64,000 nucleotides of DNA from Antedon mediterranea (lineage: Eukaryota > Animalia > Echinodermata). The notes beneath the pieces are model-generated. The model had not been told where the DNA came from and ran no database searches. It worked only from the letters and a program-made list of their open reading frames with translations. The stretch spans positions 15,128,001 through 15,192,000 of the forward strand of contig NC_092674.1 in the NCBI RefSeq assembly GCF_964355755.1, written 5' to 3'. The position numbers and the translations under genes are program-made. Below are positions 1-13,014 of this stretch, one piece after another (positions within the stretch are counted from its first letter, which is position 1; every line of letters starts with the position of its first letter).

Positions 1-267
1 AAGTAGACGTCACCGCGATCGACCCGGCGCGCGTGTAAGAAAATAATACCGGCCTAGGCTAGGACAAGTTTATGCTTATATAAAAGCTGAAAAACATCGT
101 CGCGTTGTAAAAATTTAGATGTAAAGTACAGGCAAGTTGTTAGCTTGCTTTGGTACCCTAGGTAAGTATCAGCTGCATGTTCCACATGTCGTAATTTGCG
201 AGCTTTAGAGTGTTTGGTAAATGACATTATGAATTGTTTGTAAATCGTTTTAAACGACTTACAATGC

Positions 268-394
268 GCTAGAACGCCAAAATTTCCACCCCGACCGGGG
301 GCCCTTGGCGGCCCCCTGGCCCCCAGCCAATGTTTGCTCGCTTCGCTCGCAAACCTGCGCCCCCCCCTATTTCAAAATCCTGGATCCGCCCCTG
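268..394 (-). mobile_element. End of a non-autonomous hAT-like MITE (GC-rich subterminal motif plus TIR)
   Basis: ggggcccttggcggccccctggcccccagcc...gctcgcttcgctcgc, ending cctggatccgcccctg. The same motif recurs inverted at 7412-7520 and at 9420-9528. Confidence 0.6.
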
Positions 395-490
395 ATCATT
401 ATCAGGAATAAAAAAAATAATTCCAAAAGGAGGCAAAAAGCAGGGTGGTGCGCGTTTCTGCATCCTTTTTTGAGGACTTCATTTCACAAG

Positions 491-1010
491 ATGCCTTCAT
501 CTACAGAAGTCCGTGTGTTTGACGCTATTCAAGCTTATCTTTGTCTATGACAAAAATACCAAAGAATACAAAAGTGGAAAACGGGAACAAAAAAATGCGT
601 GGGAAGCTGTTTCTAAAGATGTTAACGTCGCAGTAGAAGAGTGCCAATTTTTAACACTCGAAGAACAGCATTTTCCAGGTAGAGTGTAAGGCCGAGGCTA
701 GGCCTACTAGGCTAGGCCCTTATTATTATTATTATTATTATAATCATAATTATAGTTATTATAATAATCGTTATTATTATTATTGTAATAATAATTATAA
801 TTATTACTTTTGTAGACATCTAAAGAAGGTTAGGGCTAGTGTCCGTAGTGGTGCAGGCAGGGATGACATCCTCCCAATTGGCCATGAGTGGGAACACATG
901 AGATGGTTGATTAAACATATAAATCATAGGAAGACACTAGAGTCCGAAGAAATGTCAATTTCATTAACCGAGTCAGAAGCTTCATCTGAATGCATACGGC
1001 TTTTTTCCGA
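491..1010 (+). pseudogene. Harbinger MADF/Myb-SANT accessory gene, exons 1-2 (frameshifted)
   Basis: MPSSTEVRVFDAIQAYLCL/(Y)DKNTKEYKSGKREQKNAWEAVSKDV...; phase-consistent GT-AG intron 679-815; exon 2 reads HLKKVRASVRSGAGRDD...HEWEHMRWL. Confidence 0.7.
720..808. repeat. (ATT/AAT)n degenerate microsatellite inside an intron
   Basis: tattattattattattattataatcataattatag... Confidence 0.8.
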
Positions 1011-1089
1011 AACTCAACAAGTAGTCCAGATCCCTATGTATTTTCGTGTGCAGATCATGGGGAAAGTGTAAACATTGTGTTTTATGAAT

Positions 1090-1480
1090 ATTTGAATCAT
1101 GCTGGTTATAAAAACCCATGTTGTCAAATTTCTAAAATTCATCTTTGACCTCTGACCTCAATTTGAATGTTTTGACCCATTGAAAACAAAATGGTCATAT
1201 CTTTGCAACGCTTATTTTAAATGAAATAATGTTAGTGTCAAATTATTTGGGAGATACATATTAATATTCGTTCTAATGGAAAAGTTTGTCCAAAAATGGC
1301 CGGAAGTATGATTTTTGGCATTTTTTACCTTTGACCTACATATCATATAACTCCGTAACTAACAGTTGGACAAACTTTAAATAGGGCTCAAATTAATCTG
1401 AAGATATATATTTCTATTCAGTCTAATAAGAACTTTTTCGAGAAAATGACCCAAAATCTTCTTATTGACCTTTGACCTGT
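1090..1480 (+). mobile_element. Interspersed repeat rich in TGACCTTTGACC motifs
   Basis: 1389-1478 aligns by eye with 43480-43570 (tcaaatt...attcagtcta...aaaatgacc...tgacctttgacc). Confidence 0.6.
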
Positions 1481-1577
1481 ACAGGTAGTACACATTCCTA
1501 CAGTCTTAAAAACTATTTTCAAATTATTATGGCTAAAACTTAATTTAACTTTGTTTTAAAGATTATTTACAGTAACC

Positions 1578-1960
1578 TGTAATTTACATACCACTTTTAT
1601 AATGTACTAGGTCAGTTTCTGAAAAAAAATGAGAAAAATATTTTGATAGCTTGATATTTTTGTTGAGGTTATCTTTTTGGTTTAATAAAAGCTATCTAGC
1701 AGATATTAATACACAAAATTCATATTTTATTGGATAGATATTATGATTATCTTTCCAATAAAATATGCTGTTTGTGTAAGAATATCTGTACAAGATTGTT
1801 GTACTGAACTAAAAACATGGATTTTTAGCACAAAATCAAAATCTTTTTTCGCGTGTACCATGTAAAAACCCTTAAGAAAAATATCAAGCTATAAAAATAT
1901 TTTTTTCATTTTATCTCAGAAACTTACTTAGTATGTGGTAGAAGGGGTATGTGAGTTACA
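1578..1960. mobile_element. Fold-back MITE with ~85-bp imperfect inverted arms
   Basis: gtaatttacatacc...gatagcttgatatttt at 1578-1662 is the reverse complement of aaaatatcaagcta...gtatgtgagttac at 1878-1960. Confidence 0.65.
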
Positions 1961-1989
1961 CTTCACTGACAACAAATCTTTTAAAAAGT

Positions 1990-3627
1990 TAAAACATAAG
2001 GCAATTGTTGACCACCCACAACCGATGGTGGTGGCAGCTTTAGCGTTCCAAAATCAGCTCTTTTGAAAAATGATGACGCACCAAAAATAGCGGCATCATT
2101 GTCCCGCCCATATGAGACAATACTTGTCCATACAAATGAGTAACTGGCATCACAAATTGCCATTAATACTGTACTATGAAAGCCTTTATAGTTATAGTAC
2201 ATCGAGCCGCCAAATTTGGGACACTCGATAGCAATGTGCTTACCGTCTACTGCACCAATCGCATGAGGAACATTCCAATCATTTTCAAATGGTTCTGCAA
2301 TTGCCATCCATTCACTCTCACTTGATGGTAGCCTTAGGTATTTCTTATTTAAAGCTGTCCAAATGGAATCACAAACTTCCCGGATTATGTTAGAAACTGT
2401 TGCACGACCAACCCGAAAGTTAAATGTTTGTGATGCCATCGAGTCACCCGTAGCCAGATAACGCAAAGTTATCACAAGCCTTTCTTCTGCTGAAATTGCA
2501 GTACGACCTCTTTCTTGTCTTATCTTTAGATAGGGCTCAACCGCAGACAGAAGATGACTAAATCTTTCCGGCGTCATCCTTAAATACCTGAAGACAAACA
2601 AAATTATAAATAACAAAAAATAACATTTTACATTGACATTACTACAAAACATAGTTTGTACCAACACTACATACTTTTAAGGCTTAAAAATAAAAAAAAA
2701 CATTATTTATTGTCATTTTAGGAGAAGGTACTGAGTTGCAAAATGAAACAGAAGAAGCCGACTTATTGGGTAATGTCTCGGACGACTTGGAAGGGGCTTT
2801 TGCAGGATATGAAGGAAGTCTGGAAGAAGAAGGTTCAGCAGATGCTGCCCAAATAAAAGCTGATGTTACAAGAGGTAAATATTCAATCATGATAGTTAAC
2901 AATATAATACAAAGTGTTTTTCTTTTTAGTAGTCAAGAGGACAGTCGAAAGACCGAACCGTAAGTATTTAAATCATTACTATACATCAATATTGGTAATT
3001 TACTATTGTACTAAAAAGTTGTGTGTTGATAATAATCATGAATTTGCAAAAGCATACCTATTTTTTGTTGTTGAATAAACAGTGCTAGAAGAGTGTGTGT
3101 GACCTTATAGATCTGATTAAGGGAAGCGGAGAAGAAGATGAAGCCGATACATTCGGCACGATGGTAGCAAAGAAAATGCGAAGAGTAAACGAGGAAGACA
3201 AGGAAGATATGGAACTACAAATTATGCAATTGTTCTGTGACTATTTTAAGAAGTAATAACAGAATTGATTTGCCAAATGTCAAAGTTAATTCATGATTAT
3301 AAATGTATTATTTGTGATTATGTATTCAATCTTCTTTGGCAATAAATGCACTTTGTTTGGGATATTTTATTTAGACTACAATTGTTCATTGTGTACTGCA
3401 TGCACTATTTAATAAATTTAGATTTTAATTTTTCAACATAATAATAACAGTAGGAGTAATACATACTTCCTATCCGTTTAGTATATTATAACTATAAATG
3501 CAAATTACAATTAAACATCTAGGCCTAGGCCTAAAAAGATATTCTTAAATAATGTATGGTACTGCCCAAACTCTATTCTTTCTTTTAGCACTTTCCTTTC
3601 TTTCTTTCTTCTTTGGGTCACTGCCAT
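1990..3627 (-). pseudogene. PIF/Harbinger DDE transposase, two exons, 3'-truncated
   Basis: Exon 2 (2587 to ~1990) has YLRMTPERF, AISAEERLVITLRYLATGDS, GAVDGKH, YNYKGFHS and GRDNDA. Exon 1 (~3531-3627) reads MAVTQ...ERIEFGQYHTLFK..EYLFR. Confidence 0.9.
2722..3256 (+). pseudogene. 3' exons of the Harbinger MADF accessory gene (acidic linker plus C-terminal helix)
   Basis: AG/GT-bounded exons at ~2722-2874, ~2929-2959 and 3111-3256. The last exon reads DEADTFGTMVAKKMRRVNEEDKEDMELQIMQLF*; AATAAA at 3341. Confidence 0.6.
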
Positions 3628-4059
3628 GGTCAAGAAAACTTTTGTAATCCCTGTTTTCTATCAGAACAATAGTCCATATATTCTGCAAAGAAAGTCATAG
3701 TCTCCGAAGAAAAAGTCTGATGTTGTGAGTTCTGAAATTAGATTTTTTTAAATGTTCTAAATAAATAATCTACTTAAATACTTATCTCTTAGCATATTAA
3801 CAGTACACAATATTCCGGTTAATTTAGATTGTTTTATATTTATAATTCCTTATGTTATAGCTGTACATACAATTGTTAATAAATGTAACCATTGATATTT
3901 CTTATTACTAATTGATAGTTTGTGTTTGTTTTTTCTAAAAAAATAAATTTAAGCATAATCTTACGCTTTGTTTAGAATATAGAATATGTTTAAGTTTTAG
4001 TGGTACTGTACTGTATGTATAATAAAAATGCAGATCACTGGGTACAGTACTAACCGGCT

Positions 4060-5414
4060 ACAAAGAAACCATATTGCGTGTACATGGAAGTGAGAACTTC
4101 GCTAATGGCTTAAACAACTTTTTCTGTCGTTTTGAATCCGAGATATTAGTTACCAAAAATGAAAATGAAGACACAGAAATCCGCGAAAATGAGACTTCAT
4201 TAGTAAACAATGCAGTCATAAATGTAGTTGATGTGCGTAACTAATGTATTTGCCAAAGTAAAGCCTGGTAAAAGTACTGGCCCTGATGGAATTGGAAATC
4301 GTGCTATTAAATACTGCAACCAAGAGTTGGCACCGATATATACCAAACTTTTTAATGAGAGTTTAGCAAGTGGTACAGTGCCCAATCAATGGAAAACGGC
4401 CTGTATCTCACCTATTCCTAAGATAAAAAATCCCAAGGAACTTAATGACTATATGCCAATAGCTATCACATCCAATGTTGGTAAATGCCTAGAAAAGATT
4501 GTACTTAGGCAGTTGCTTGATCAGACCAAATTGTTTCTCGATCCTCTCCAATTTGCCTATCAGAGTAATAGAAGTGTTGAAGATGCTGTGCTCTTCCACT
4601 TACATAATATTTACCAACATTTAGATGTGCCTAAATCATATGTAAGATGTTTGTATATAGATTTTTCTAGTGCTTTTAATACCGTTGAACCTGGTTCATT
4701 AGTACGCAAACTTAAAGAAATGAACGTAAACGACACATTGACTTCTTGGATATATAATTTCTTAACAAAAAGGTTCCAGTATGTTAAACTAAACGGTATT
4801 TTATCTGATAAAAGAACTGTTAGCATTGGCACGCCACAAGGGTCTGTTATCTCCCCAATGTTGTTTTCACTGTTCACCAGCAGTTTCAGAGCCAATTCAA
4901 ATGAATGTTGTATAGTAAAATATGCAGATGACACAGTCATCACTGGATACATTACTGGCAATGATGAAACAAGCTATAGACAACTAGGATGTGATTTTTA
5001 TCACTGGTGCTGCAATAACAACCTGAAACTAAACATAAAGAAAACAAAAGAAATGCAAATTGATTTTAGGAAAATTAAAGAACCCTTAGAACCTCTGATT
5101 ATAAATGAAAATGAGATTGAAGTAGTAAATGAGTACAAATATCTGGGTTGTATAATTGACAATAAGCTAAATTGGATAAATAATGTAAATAAAGCCACAT
5201 GCAAAGCCAACCAAAGGATGTTTATTTTAAGAAAAAAAAAAAAAAAAAAATTAAACTTAATCGAATAGGAAATAGAGCAATTAGACTAGTAGGAGAGCAC
5301 TTACCTGATGTTGAATCCTTGTATAAAGAAAATTTGTTAAAAAAAGTAAAAAGTATCATTTCTGTTTTTTAAATGGACAATAAAGTATATATGACTATGA
5401 CTATGACTATGACT
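4060..5414 (+). mobile_element. Non-LTR retrotransposon relic (Rex1/Babar-like RT), 5'-truncated
   Basis: ORF 4228-5268 has GPDGI, DPLQFAYQSNRSVEDAV, IDFSSAFNT, GTPQGSVISP and KYADD. The 3' end has caataaa followed by an (ATGACT)4 tail at 5391-5414. Confidence 0.9.
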
Positions 5415-7411
5415 AAAAGCCAATCAGCAATGTGTCGTAAGGATAACCATGAATGGATAAAAAATTGTATACATACATTTCATATTGATTTAAATATTCA
5501 TAAATCAGTTTCTTAATTTGGGCGAGTCTGACGACTGCAACCTCTTCCAATGACAGCCCACCAATTGACGTAGCTCCCTCCCTCTTTACAAATATATACT
5601 CGGTCGGTTGATTTAACTAAACAGCCATCAACAATTTTGTCTTGGCATATTCTCATCTGGCGTTCTGATGCTAGTAAGCCTGGACAAAACCTAAAAAGAA
5701 AATAAATAATTCAACTGCATAATAATTTTCATAGTGATCAGTGTGTTTTATTAGTTCTGCAGTGGTTTATAAATCAATAATTTTCAATTCGTTATGGATT
5801 ATGAGAATTCACTAATTAAAACTTCAATTACCTTCGTAATGCCCGCTGCTGACTCCAATTTATTTTGCAGCCGCTCATGATACCAAGGCACCTTGTTGCA
5901 TCCATTTTTTGACTATTAGTATCTGGTGCAGCAACATTCACTTTGGTGGCTTGCGAAGCGGTAACCATGTTTAGTGGCTTCAAAATTGAAAATGTTTAAA
6001 ATTAATTACAAGCAGAAAATAATATTTAAGCCTCACAAAATAATGACTAATCAGATGATTTTAAAGGAAAATTATTTTATTATTATATAATATTAATAAT
6101 CGGATTTGGAATCTTACCCGTCCTTGAGTTTTCAAAGTTATTTTCCCTTCAGTCACATCTTGATGAACTAGCTTATGTGGCCAGATTTAATATCAAGAGA
6201 TAATATTTTGTTGCAAATTAGGCATTCATACATTTTATCACAATCGTTTAAGATTTTGAACTGCCAACTGATTGTGGCTAGCGGCAGAGGAACTGAAGTA
6301 AAATTACCGCTTTGTGCCTCTTTGAAAATTTTGTTTCTGTTTTCGCCCTGGTACTAGTTGATTTCTGTATAAAAAACATGGTAAACATCTTTCCTCATGT
6401 GGCTGATAATGAAACGGCGAAAGAGAATGCCCTTTATAAAATCTTGAATGACAAGTGGAACAAAGTGTACCTCTCATCTTTTTCTTTCATTTTTTTTTCA
6501 CAATCAAAACAAATAGAGGACAGTGCCTTATCATGAAACTCCATCTGTGGGAAGAGCCTTATCATGAAACTTCATCTGTGAAAAGCTTAAAGCTAGGCCG
6601 CCAGAAAGGCCACGCTCGTCGCGGGCCTCGTCTGCGCCTGCATACCCGGTGATCGGCTAATTTTTCAAAAAAGGCTGTTGTATTACGATAATTTATAAGA
6701 TATTGAACCAACACCTTTTAACAAAACTATGTTAAATATTACCAATTAGTATTAATGGTTTACAGAAAATAAGTATATCTTTTAAAAAATAACGATGTAA
6801 ACACAATCGGTGAAGTTAGACGGTGTATTTTTAACTTTTGTTTGTTTACAATATAGACTACGCTGTTCGCTGCTACTTCCGGGTAAATTAACCGACTTTT
6901 ATATTCGATAAGTCGTCTTAGTAATTGTTTTTTTATCATTATGCTGTAATGAAATCGTAAAAAATCTGGTTTCAAACCAGCAAATACTAGGCCTAACCTT
7001 AATTGATAACTTGATTGAAAACACGTTAAATTGACTACAAATGATACTTGTAATGTATATTTTTGACGTTCGCGAAAGTTTCATAACCTCTCGCGAACGA
7101 ATTTTCAATCTTGCGCGGTTCAGAAAAAGTCGTCTGCTAACATTGAGGGCACTTGACTTTTTCTAAAATATTATAGGTTGAAACAGCTGTGTTGCGCATG
7201 TCGACTATTCGCATGCGGGTTGAATATACAACGTAATGTTATTTCAATGTCAATTTTTTTTTTTACATTTAAATGACAACGAAAGAAACATGAACATAAT
7301 TCTTTATTGAAGCAGGCCATGCAGGCCGTGCTCGCTGCTTGATACATCACAGTGAGTTCTGTGTGTAGGTCCACGTATTTGTACAAAATCAACACAAACC
7401 AGTATTAGTAT

Positions 7412-7520
7412 TTTGCGAGCGAAGCGAGCAACCATGGGCTGGGGGCCTGGGGGCCGCCAAGGGCCCCCGGTCGGGGTCCAGAGGGCGAAGCGCCCTGGAA
7501 GCTTTGGCGGTCTAGGGCAA
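7412..7520 (+). mobile_element. hAT-like MITE subterminal fragment
   Basis: ttgcgagcgaagcgagcaa...gggggcctgggggccgccaagggcccccggtcgggg is the reverse complement of 285-352. Confidence 0.6.
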
Positions 7521-8878
7521 TCTAGATCATTTGAATCGGTTTACGCACACACAAATATGACAATGTTAACACTAATAAACTGCAACAAAGAAAACAAAAA
7601 ACAACTCTCATTTTCATTACAGAACATTTTTATATTCCAGGCTGCAACAGATAGCCTACAAACACTTTTTTTTTGCTTGTTTGTTGATTTGTGTAGAGAG
7701 GCTGTAACCGTAAGGTTAGAGTCCATACACTGTGCAAGTCCAAGAAGCTATCTTGGCTCCGTGTGTATGTGAGACGCTTCATACCCATCCGTATTATACG
7801 CATTACACTAACGTATTTATCGCCTGTACATACAATATTTTGTTTAAAAATATACCTATTTTGTCGAATGTAGAGAATAGTATAGGTGATAGCTTATACA
7901 TAATTCTAATAACTAACTTCTAAATTAGTATTATACATTTGACGTTAGTTACTAAACAATAAGTGTGCATTTTGAAACATTCTTCTTGGCTTTTGGAGAC
8001 AGAATTCGCGAATGACATTCTCTGTATTTATTTTCATGTTAAAGTGTATGTTCATGAGGCACAATCCCGAAAGCCGCTCATAAGACATGTGATTTCGCAA
8101 ACAGGTTTTCGTTCTCCGTAAAGTCGAAAAACTACGCTCAGCTTCAGCAGACGTTACGGGCAGTACACATGCGATTAGAAGAAGTGCACGCACATTCGGG
8201 AACACATCAGGATCCGCTAATTTTACAATAGCTTCCGTTAATGTAGCAGGGAGCTCTTGTTGCTGCGAACACAGTCGCTTCCATCGCTGAAGCTCGGAAT
8301 GAAGATGTTCGTGTCTTGGCAGATCATCGTACCAAAATTCAAGTTCTTTGAAGACTTCTTCAACATTACACTTAACAATAGACTCGGGTGCTACGCCAAA
8401 TATTTTAAAGCATGGCCTGTTATTGGCAGAAAAACGGGGTTTTAACTCGGTTTGTAAATGATCAAGAAGTTGAATTGGTAATACTGCTCGGTAGTAATCT
8501 TCCACAGTGTCTCCAGGATGATTTGATCTGTGTTGTTGTCTCATTGTCGCTACTGATCTTGGTTTAACAACATTAGCACCAACTTTATCAGCTAGTTTTT
8601 CTGCTTCTACAAACCAACGGGAAAACTCACTTTCGATGTTGTCTCGTAACAACTGCAAGGTACTTTCGGCGTCCGATATAAGATTGGTTTCATGGAAAAT
8701 ATCCAATGACCGTTTCTGCAATTTTGTTGCAAGTGGCTTTACAATCTCAAGGACATATAGGACAGTAGTAAGTGTAATTATTGTTTTGAAATTTGTGTGA
8801 CTATGATGTAATCCATTTTCCATGATTTTGTCCTCTTTACTCCATGCCCAACCACCCGTTAGTCGCTCATAAAGATGG

Positions 8879-9528
8879 CAGGCCCGTATCCAGGGGGGGT
8901 GCGTTGGGTGCAGACGCACCCCCCCCAAGTCCCAAAAGGTCCACTATTTCCTCGGTTGGTATTTTTTCTTGTCTTATTTAACTAAAGACAATATCATTGT
9001 ATATATACAAAATTTACATTATCAATGGTATACAAACAAAAATATGCTAATATAAAATGAAAAAATACCGGTAATTAAATTACGGAATCTGAACTGACTA
9101 CAAACTCGATGTAAAACATGCGCAGTCGATCATGTGATGACAAGCAATAGCTTAGCGCTTCATGTACGCGGTACGCGGTAAAGTGTTTGTTGCTGGAGAA
9201 ATACAGACAACTTAACCGGCGGTAAAGACGTGTCTGGAAATACAGACACTCTATTGAATACGGCGCCTAAACAAGGGGGGAAGGCCAACTCAGACAGCGT
9301 CGTACGACGCTGTCTGAGTTGGCCTCATTATGAAAGCGTTAAGTTCTGGTGTCCAGCGTTCAACTAGCCCAAGCCACAACAGAGAGTCTTAAATCAGTCT
9401 TTAGAACGTCAAATAACGCAAATTTTGGACCCTGACCGGGCGCCCTTGGCGGCTCCCTGGCCCCCAGCCATTGTTGCTCGCTTAGCTCGCACCCCCCCCC
9501 CCCATTATAAATGCTGCATACGGGCCTG
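8879..9528. mobile_element. 650-bp non-autonomous hAT-like MITE inside the hAT transposase
   Basis: TIRs caggcccgtatccag (8879) and ctgcatacgggcctg (ending 9528); it splits the transposase ORFs. No clean 8-bp TSD is visible. Confidence 0.8.
9282..9325. repeat. Perfect 44-bp palindrome
   Basis: aggccaactcagacagcgtcgt|acgacgctgtctgagttggcct. Confidence 0.95.
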
Positions 9529-11753
9529 AATGGGGGTTTGTTATTGCATGAAGACAAGTATGGTGTTCAACCCATCTAGTTTTACATAAACCTTTCAATT
9601 TTTCAACCTTATTTTCTGGACGGTACACTTTCAGAATTTCAGTAAAAAATTCTTCTCGTTTTGGACTATTTCGTAAAACAAAAAGGTTTGATTAATCAAA
9701 TCAACAAGATCTTTCACCTCCCTGTTCTTGCAGCTTGCAGCTATGGACAGATTTAAACTATGTGCATAACAGTGTGTGTACATCGCTTTTGGAGCAATTT
9801 TTCGAATTAAACCTTGAGTTCCTCTGGCGGCGGACATTACTGAAGCACCGTCATAAGCCTGACCACGCATATTTGCCGGATCTAACCCTGCATCTTTCAC
9901 CATTTTTCAGAATACTGTCTGAGATAGCTACTGCAGTGACACGTTGCATCCCACAAAATTCTACAAAATCTTCATAAATTTTGCAGTTCTTGTCCACATA
10001 TCTGACGTTCAAACTTATTACTTCATTGTTCGAGCAATCGGTCACCTCATCAGATATAATCGTGAACAAACCTGTCTCGGATTCCTTTATGGCACAAACA
10101 ATATGTTCTTGTATCTGCTTTCCTATTATTGATATTAACTCGTTCTGAACTGACCATGATACGTACTGGGCATTTTTTTTCCCTTTCAACAAGTGCTCTT
10201 TGAGTATTTGATTGTGTTTTGCTTCTAAATTTACCAGTCCTTTGAAAACCCCCTTGTTAACCGTGTCATCAAAACCCGAATCCCTGTGGCCTCGCAGAGG
10301 TAATCCATAATGACCACAAAATATTACACAGTCAATAATGGACTCTAGGATCTTAATGTTGATTTTCTCATTTTCTCTGGCTTTCTCATCAATTATTGTT
10401 TCAATTTTCCTGCTAGGGTTCTTCAACATAGAGAGAAATAACGTCTTTATTTGCAAACAGTAGGCAGGTTAAACAATATCCACCACTCTTAGTCTTAGAA
10501 ACACTGTACCTAAGCCATTTGAACTCTGAGAACCATGAATTCTGAAAATGTAAAACCTTGCGCTTCCCGTTTTTAGAAATACTTATTGGAGCCATTTCTG
10601 ATGTCATACTTGCTTATACAAGTTTTCTCAATGGTAGTGTCGGTGTCAAAAGCAGTCAACTCTAGAAAAATAAATGCTTTGACTTAATATTATAATAACA
10701 CTTGCAGTATAGTTTAAGATGCAACTTCTTAGACCCAACTAATTGCCTATATGAACACACTATAAACACTCTTCTAATGAGAACATATTAATTACCTAAT
10801 TTACCATCTAAAATATCTTGATCAACGTTACTGGTAGACACTGAAGAATTTGCGTGAACATGTTCAACCGCCGTTGATTGAATGTCTGCATCTGAATCAG
10901 TCAATTCTAGAAACAAATTAAACTTGTTCTTCACTATTAATATTTAAAATTCTAATAATAAAAGGAAATTAGGATGCAATAATAATATCACTCAAGCAAC
11001 ACATGGTTTTACATGTGTTTCGAACATTTTCGAATCACGGTGCCAAGGCAAAGAGACTGCAATTACAGATGATGGGGTTAACTTAAACTTACTTGGTACT
11101 TTAAATTGATTGATGATTGGGAGAGAATTCGTAACTTCGCTATACAGATTATCCGCGTCTGATTGACTGAGAAAATGCGCCTAATTAGTCTAGGCGTGTA
11201 TGCATCAATTAGTAGGCCTAGTAGTACTAGGCCTAGGGCCTACTTGTCAAATCTTGTCAAAATAATGCACTAGCTTCTAACACATACCTATAATATATAG
11301 CAGTGACATACCTTGCTTACGCCGGTATTTTGGCTTAAAAAATGTTGTCAATTTTGATTGTTGTTTGAAGAGGCAACAAACAGATCAACACGAAGTTATT
11401 TGCACAGCAACAACACAACGACATTACGTGACATGTGTAGCCTTGTGGACCACGTGTCATCTCAAAAGTTTTTTTTTTGGTTTTGAGTTGATGAAAGTCA
11501 GGCAAAATAACCTACAAAAAGCAACAATATAAAAAGAAAATGGAAATAGTGCGCAGCAGCATTGCTGCCATAAGTTGTTGGTGAATAAATAGCGAGCTTT
11601 CGTTGTAGTACGGAAGTAGCTCAGTACGGTAATTCGAAATGTGATCCACGCATGCGCAGAAATTTGAGACTCACCGTAGCGCTAAATTTGAGAACGGTAG
11701 TGAGATGAAATAGCGTCCTGTCTAAAACGAACATTCAGCTGTGTATTTTAATT

Positions 11754-12917
11754 ATGGAGGACACGATGGAAGCAGTATCGTCAATAGGTAAAGCATTTTA
11801 ATCAGTCGTTATTTTCACTCTATTTTATTTTATTCTATTTTAGCTCTAGATCAATGATGCCAAATATAAAATGAAAAAATTGGCTTAGAGATTCGGCCTA
11901 GCCTAGGGCAAACCAGTGCAGTGGCCTAATCGAACTAACTAGCCTAGGGCCTAGCTGCGATACCCTAGCTGCTGGCCTTTAGGCTATCCCTACACGGTCC
12001 TACAAATGGTGCACAAATAGGATGGTCTAGATACGTAGGACCCCCAGTCAAAGGATGACAGGAAATGACAAGTTCCATAATAAAAACTAACTAATCAAAT
12101 TATCTTCTAGTAAACAATCCTGCTTTGCTTAAAACAAAGGAGTTGTTTATTAGATTCATAACAACTCCCTGCCAATGTAGCTAAAGGATTTATTTCATTG
12201 TCATAGATAAGCTTGTGTACATTTTATCTTGATTTTTTTAATTTTTTTAAACAGGCAGAAGAAATTAAGACAAAAAAGCAAAAGAGTACAAACCGGTAAG
12301 TTACTTGTTTTTTTTGTTAAGATACAGTAGTTGCCAGCATGTATAAAATATTACAAATTTATTTAATTTTTTTTAGTTGATATATTTACTTTTAAGATCT
12401 TTTTTGGATAATTCAATAGTGCTCACTTTTTTATTTTAATATATTAATTATTATTATTGTAAACTTTTTTTTTAATGCATAAAACATATAATATCATGTA
12501 ATAATATATTCATTAGATTAAAAACTCCTACACTAAATTGATGAGAAAATATTACATTAAAAAACACTGTGATTTTATTATTTATTTCAGCATGATCTGG
12601 GACAACCAAAAGGATCAGATCCTAATAGGAGAAGTAATTTTGGCTAGACCTTTCCAGTCCAAGAAAGGCACAACTGAGCGGGGAAAGGCATGGCAGGCTG
12701 TTGCTGATGCAATGAAGGCCAGTGAATACAAAGTTGACAGGCGGGCAGTGCGAGATCGCATATCTAATTTGATGGATAAAGTGAAAGGACAAAATAACAA
12801 AGAAAAGGCAGCCAGTGGAATTGCAGTGGAGGAGACAGATGAGGAAAAGCAATTCATCCAAGAAGAGGACGATATAGAAATGTTACCAAAGGAAAGAGGA
12901 GATGAAGAGAAGAAAAG
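11754..12917 (+). pseudogene. Myb/SANT-like accessory gene of a second Harbinger element (spliced)
   Basis: Putative small exons at 11754-11788 and 12255-12295. The main exon from 12591 reads WDNQKDQILIGEVILARPF...ERGKAWQAVADAM...RAVRDR...ASGI. Confidence 0.7.
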
Positions 12918-13014
12918 GTGTTTAAGAGTCTTCCGGGATTTTTATTTAAACTGGAACCATTTTATTTCCTTAAATCTATTAAAGTTTCTCTTGTATTACA
13001 GTTAGATGTTTATG

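Larger units (their letters stand above)
7945..11370 (-). pseudogene. hAT transposase (ZMYM1/PRKRIR-like) with introns, frameshifted and interrupted by a MITE
   Basis: N-terminal KQQSKLTTFFKPK (~11311-11370); TTF-type zinc finger WLRYS..GGYCLTCLLF; LPLRGHRD; SDEVTD; RGQAYDGASVMS; YTHCYAHSLNL; C-terminal dimerisation LPVTSAEAERSFSTLRR..RLSGLCLMNIH. Confidence 0.9.

Noticed and set aside
269-463. Short ORFs with WGPGGRQGPPVGV (also 7413-7772)
   Set aside because: They are translations of a non-coding GC-rich MITE motif.
4611-5210. Antisense ORFs overlapping RT and gag-pol genes (here and at 23-26 kb)
   Set aside because: Shadow ORFs of the coding strand.
5500-6600. Possible minus-strand exons (HFVPLV motif) and a ~31-bp tandem duplication at ~6527-6590
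   Set aside because: There are multiple stops and no consistent frame, so no product can be assigned.
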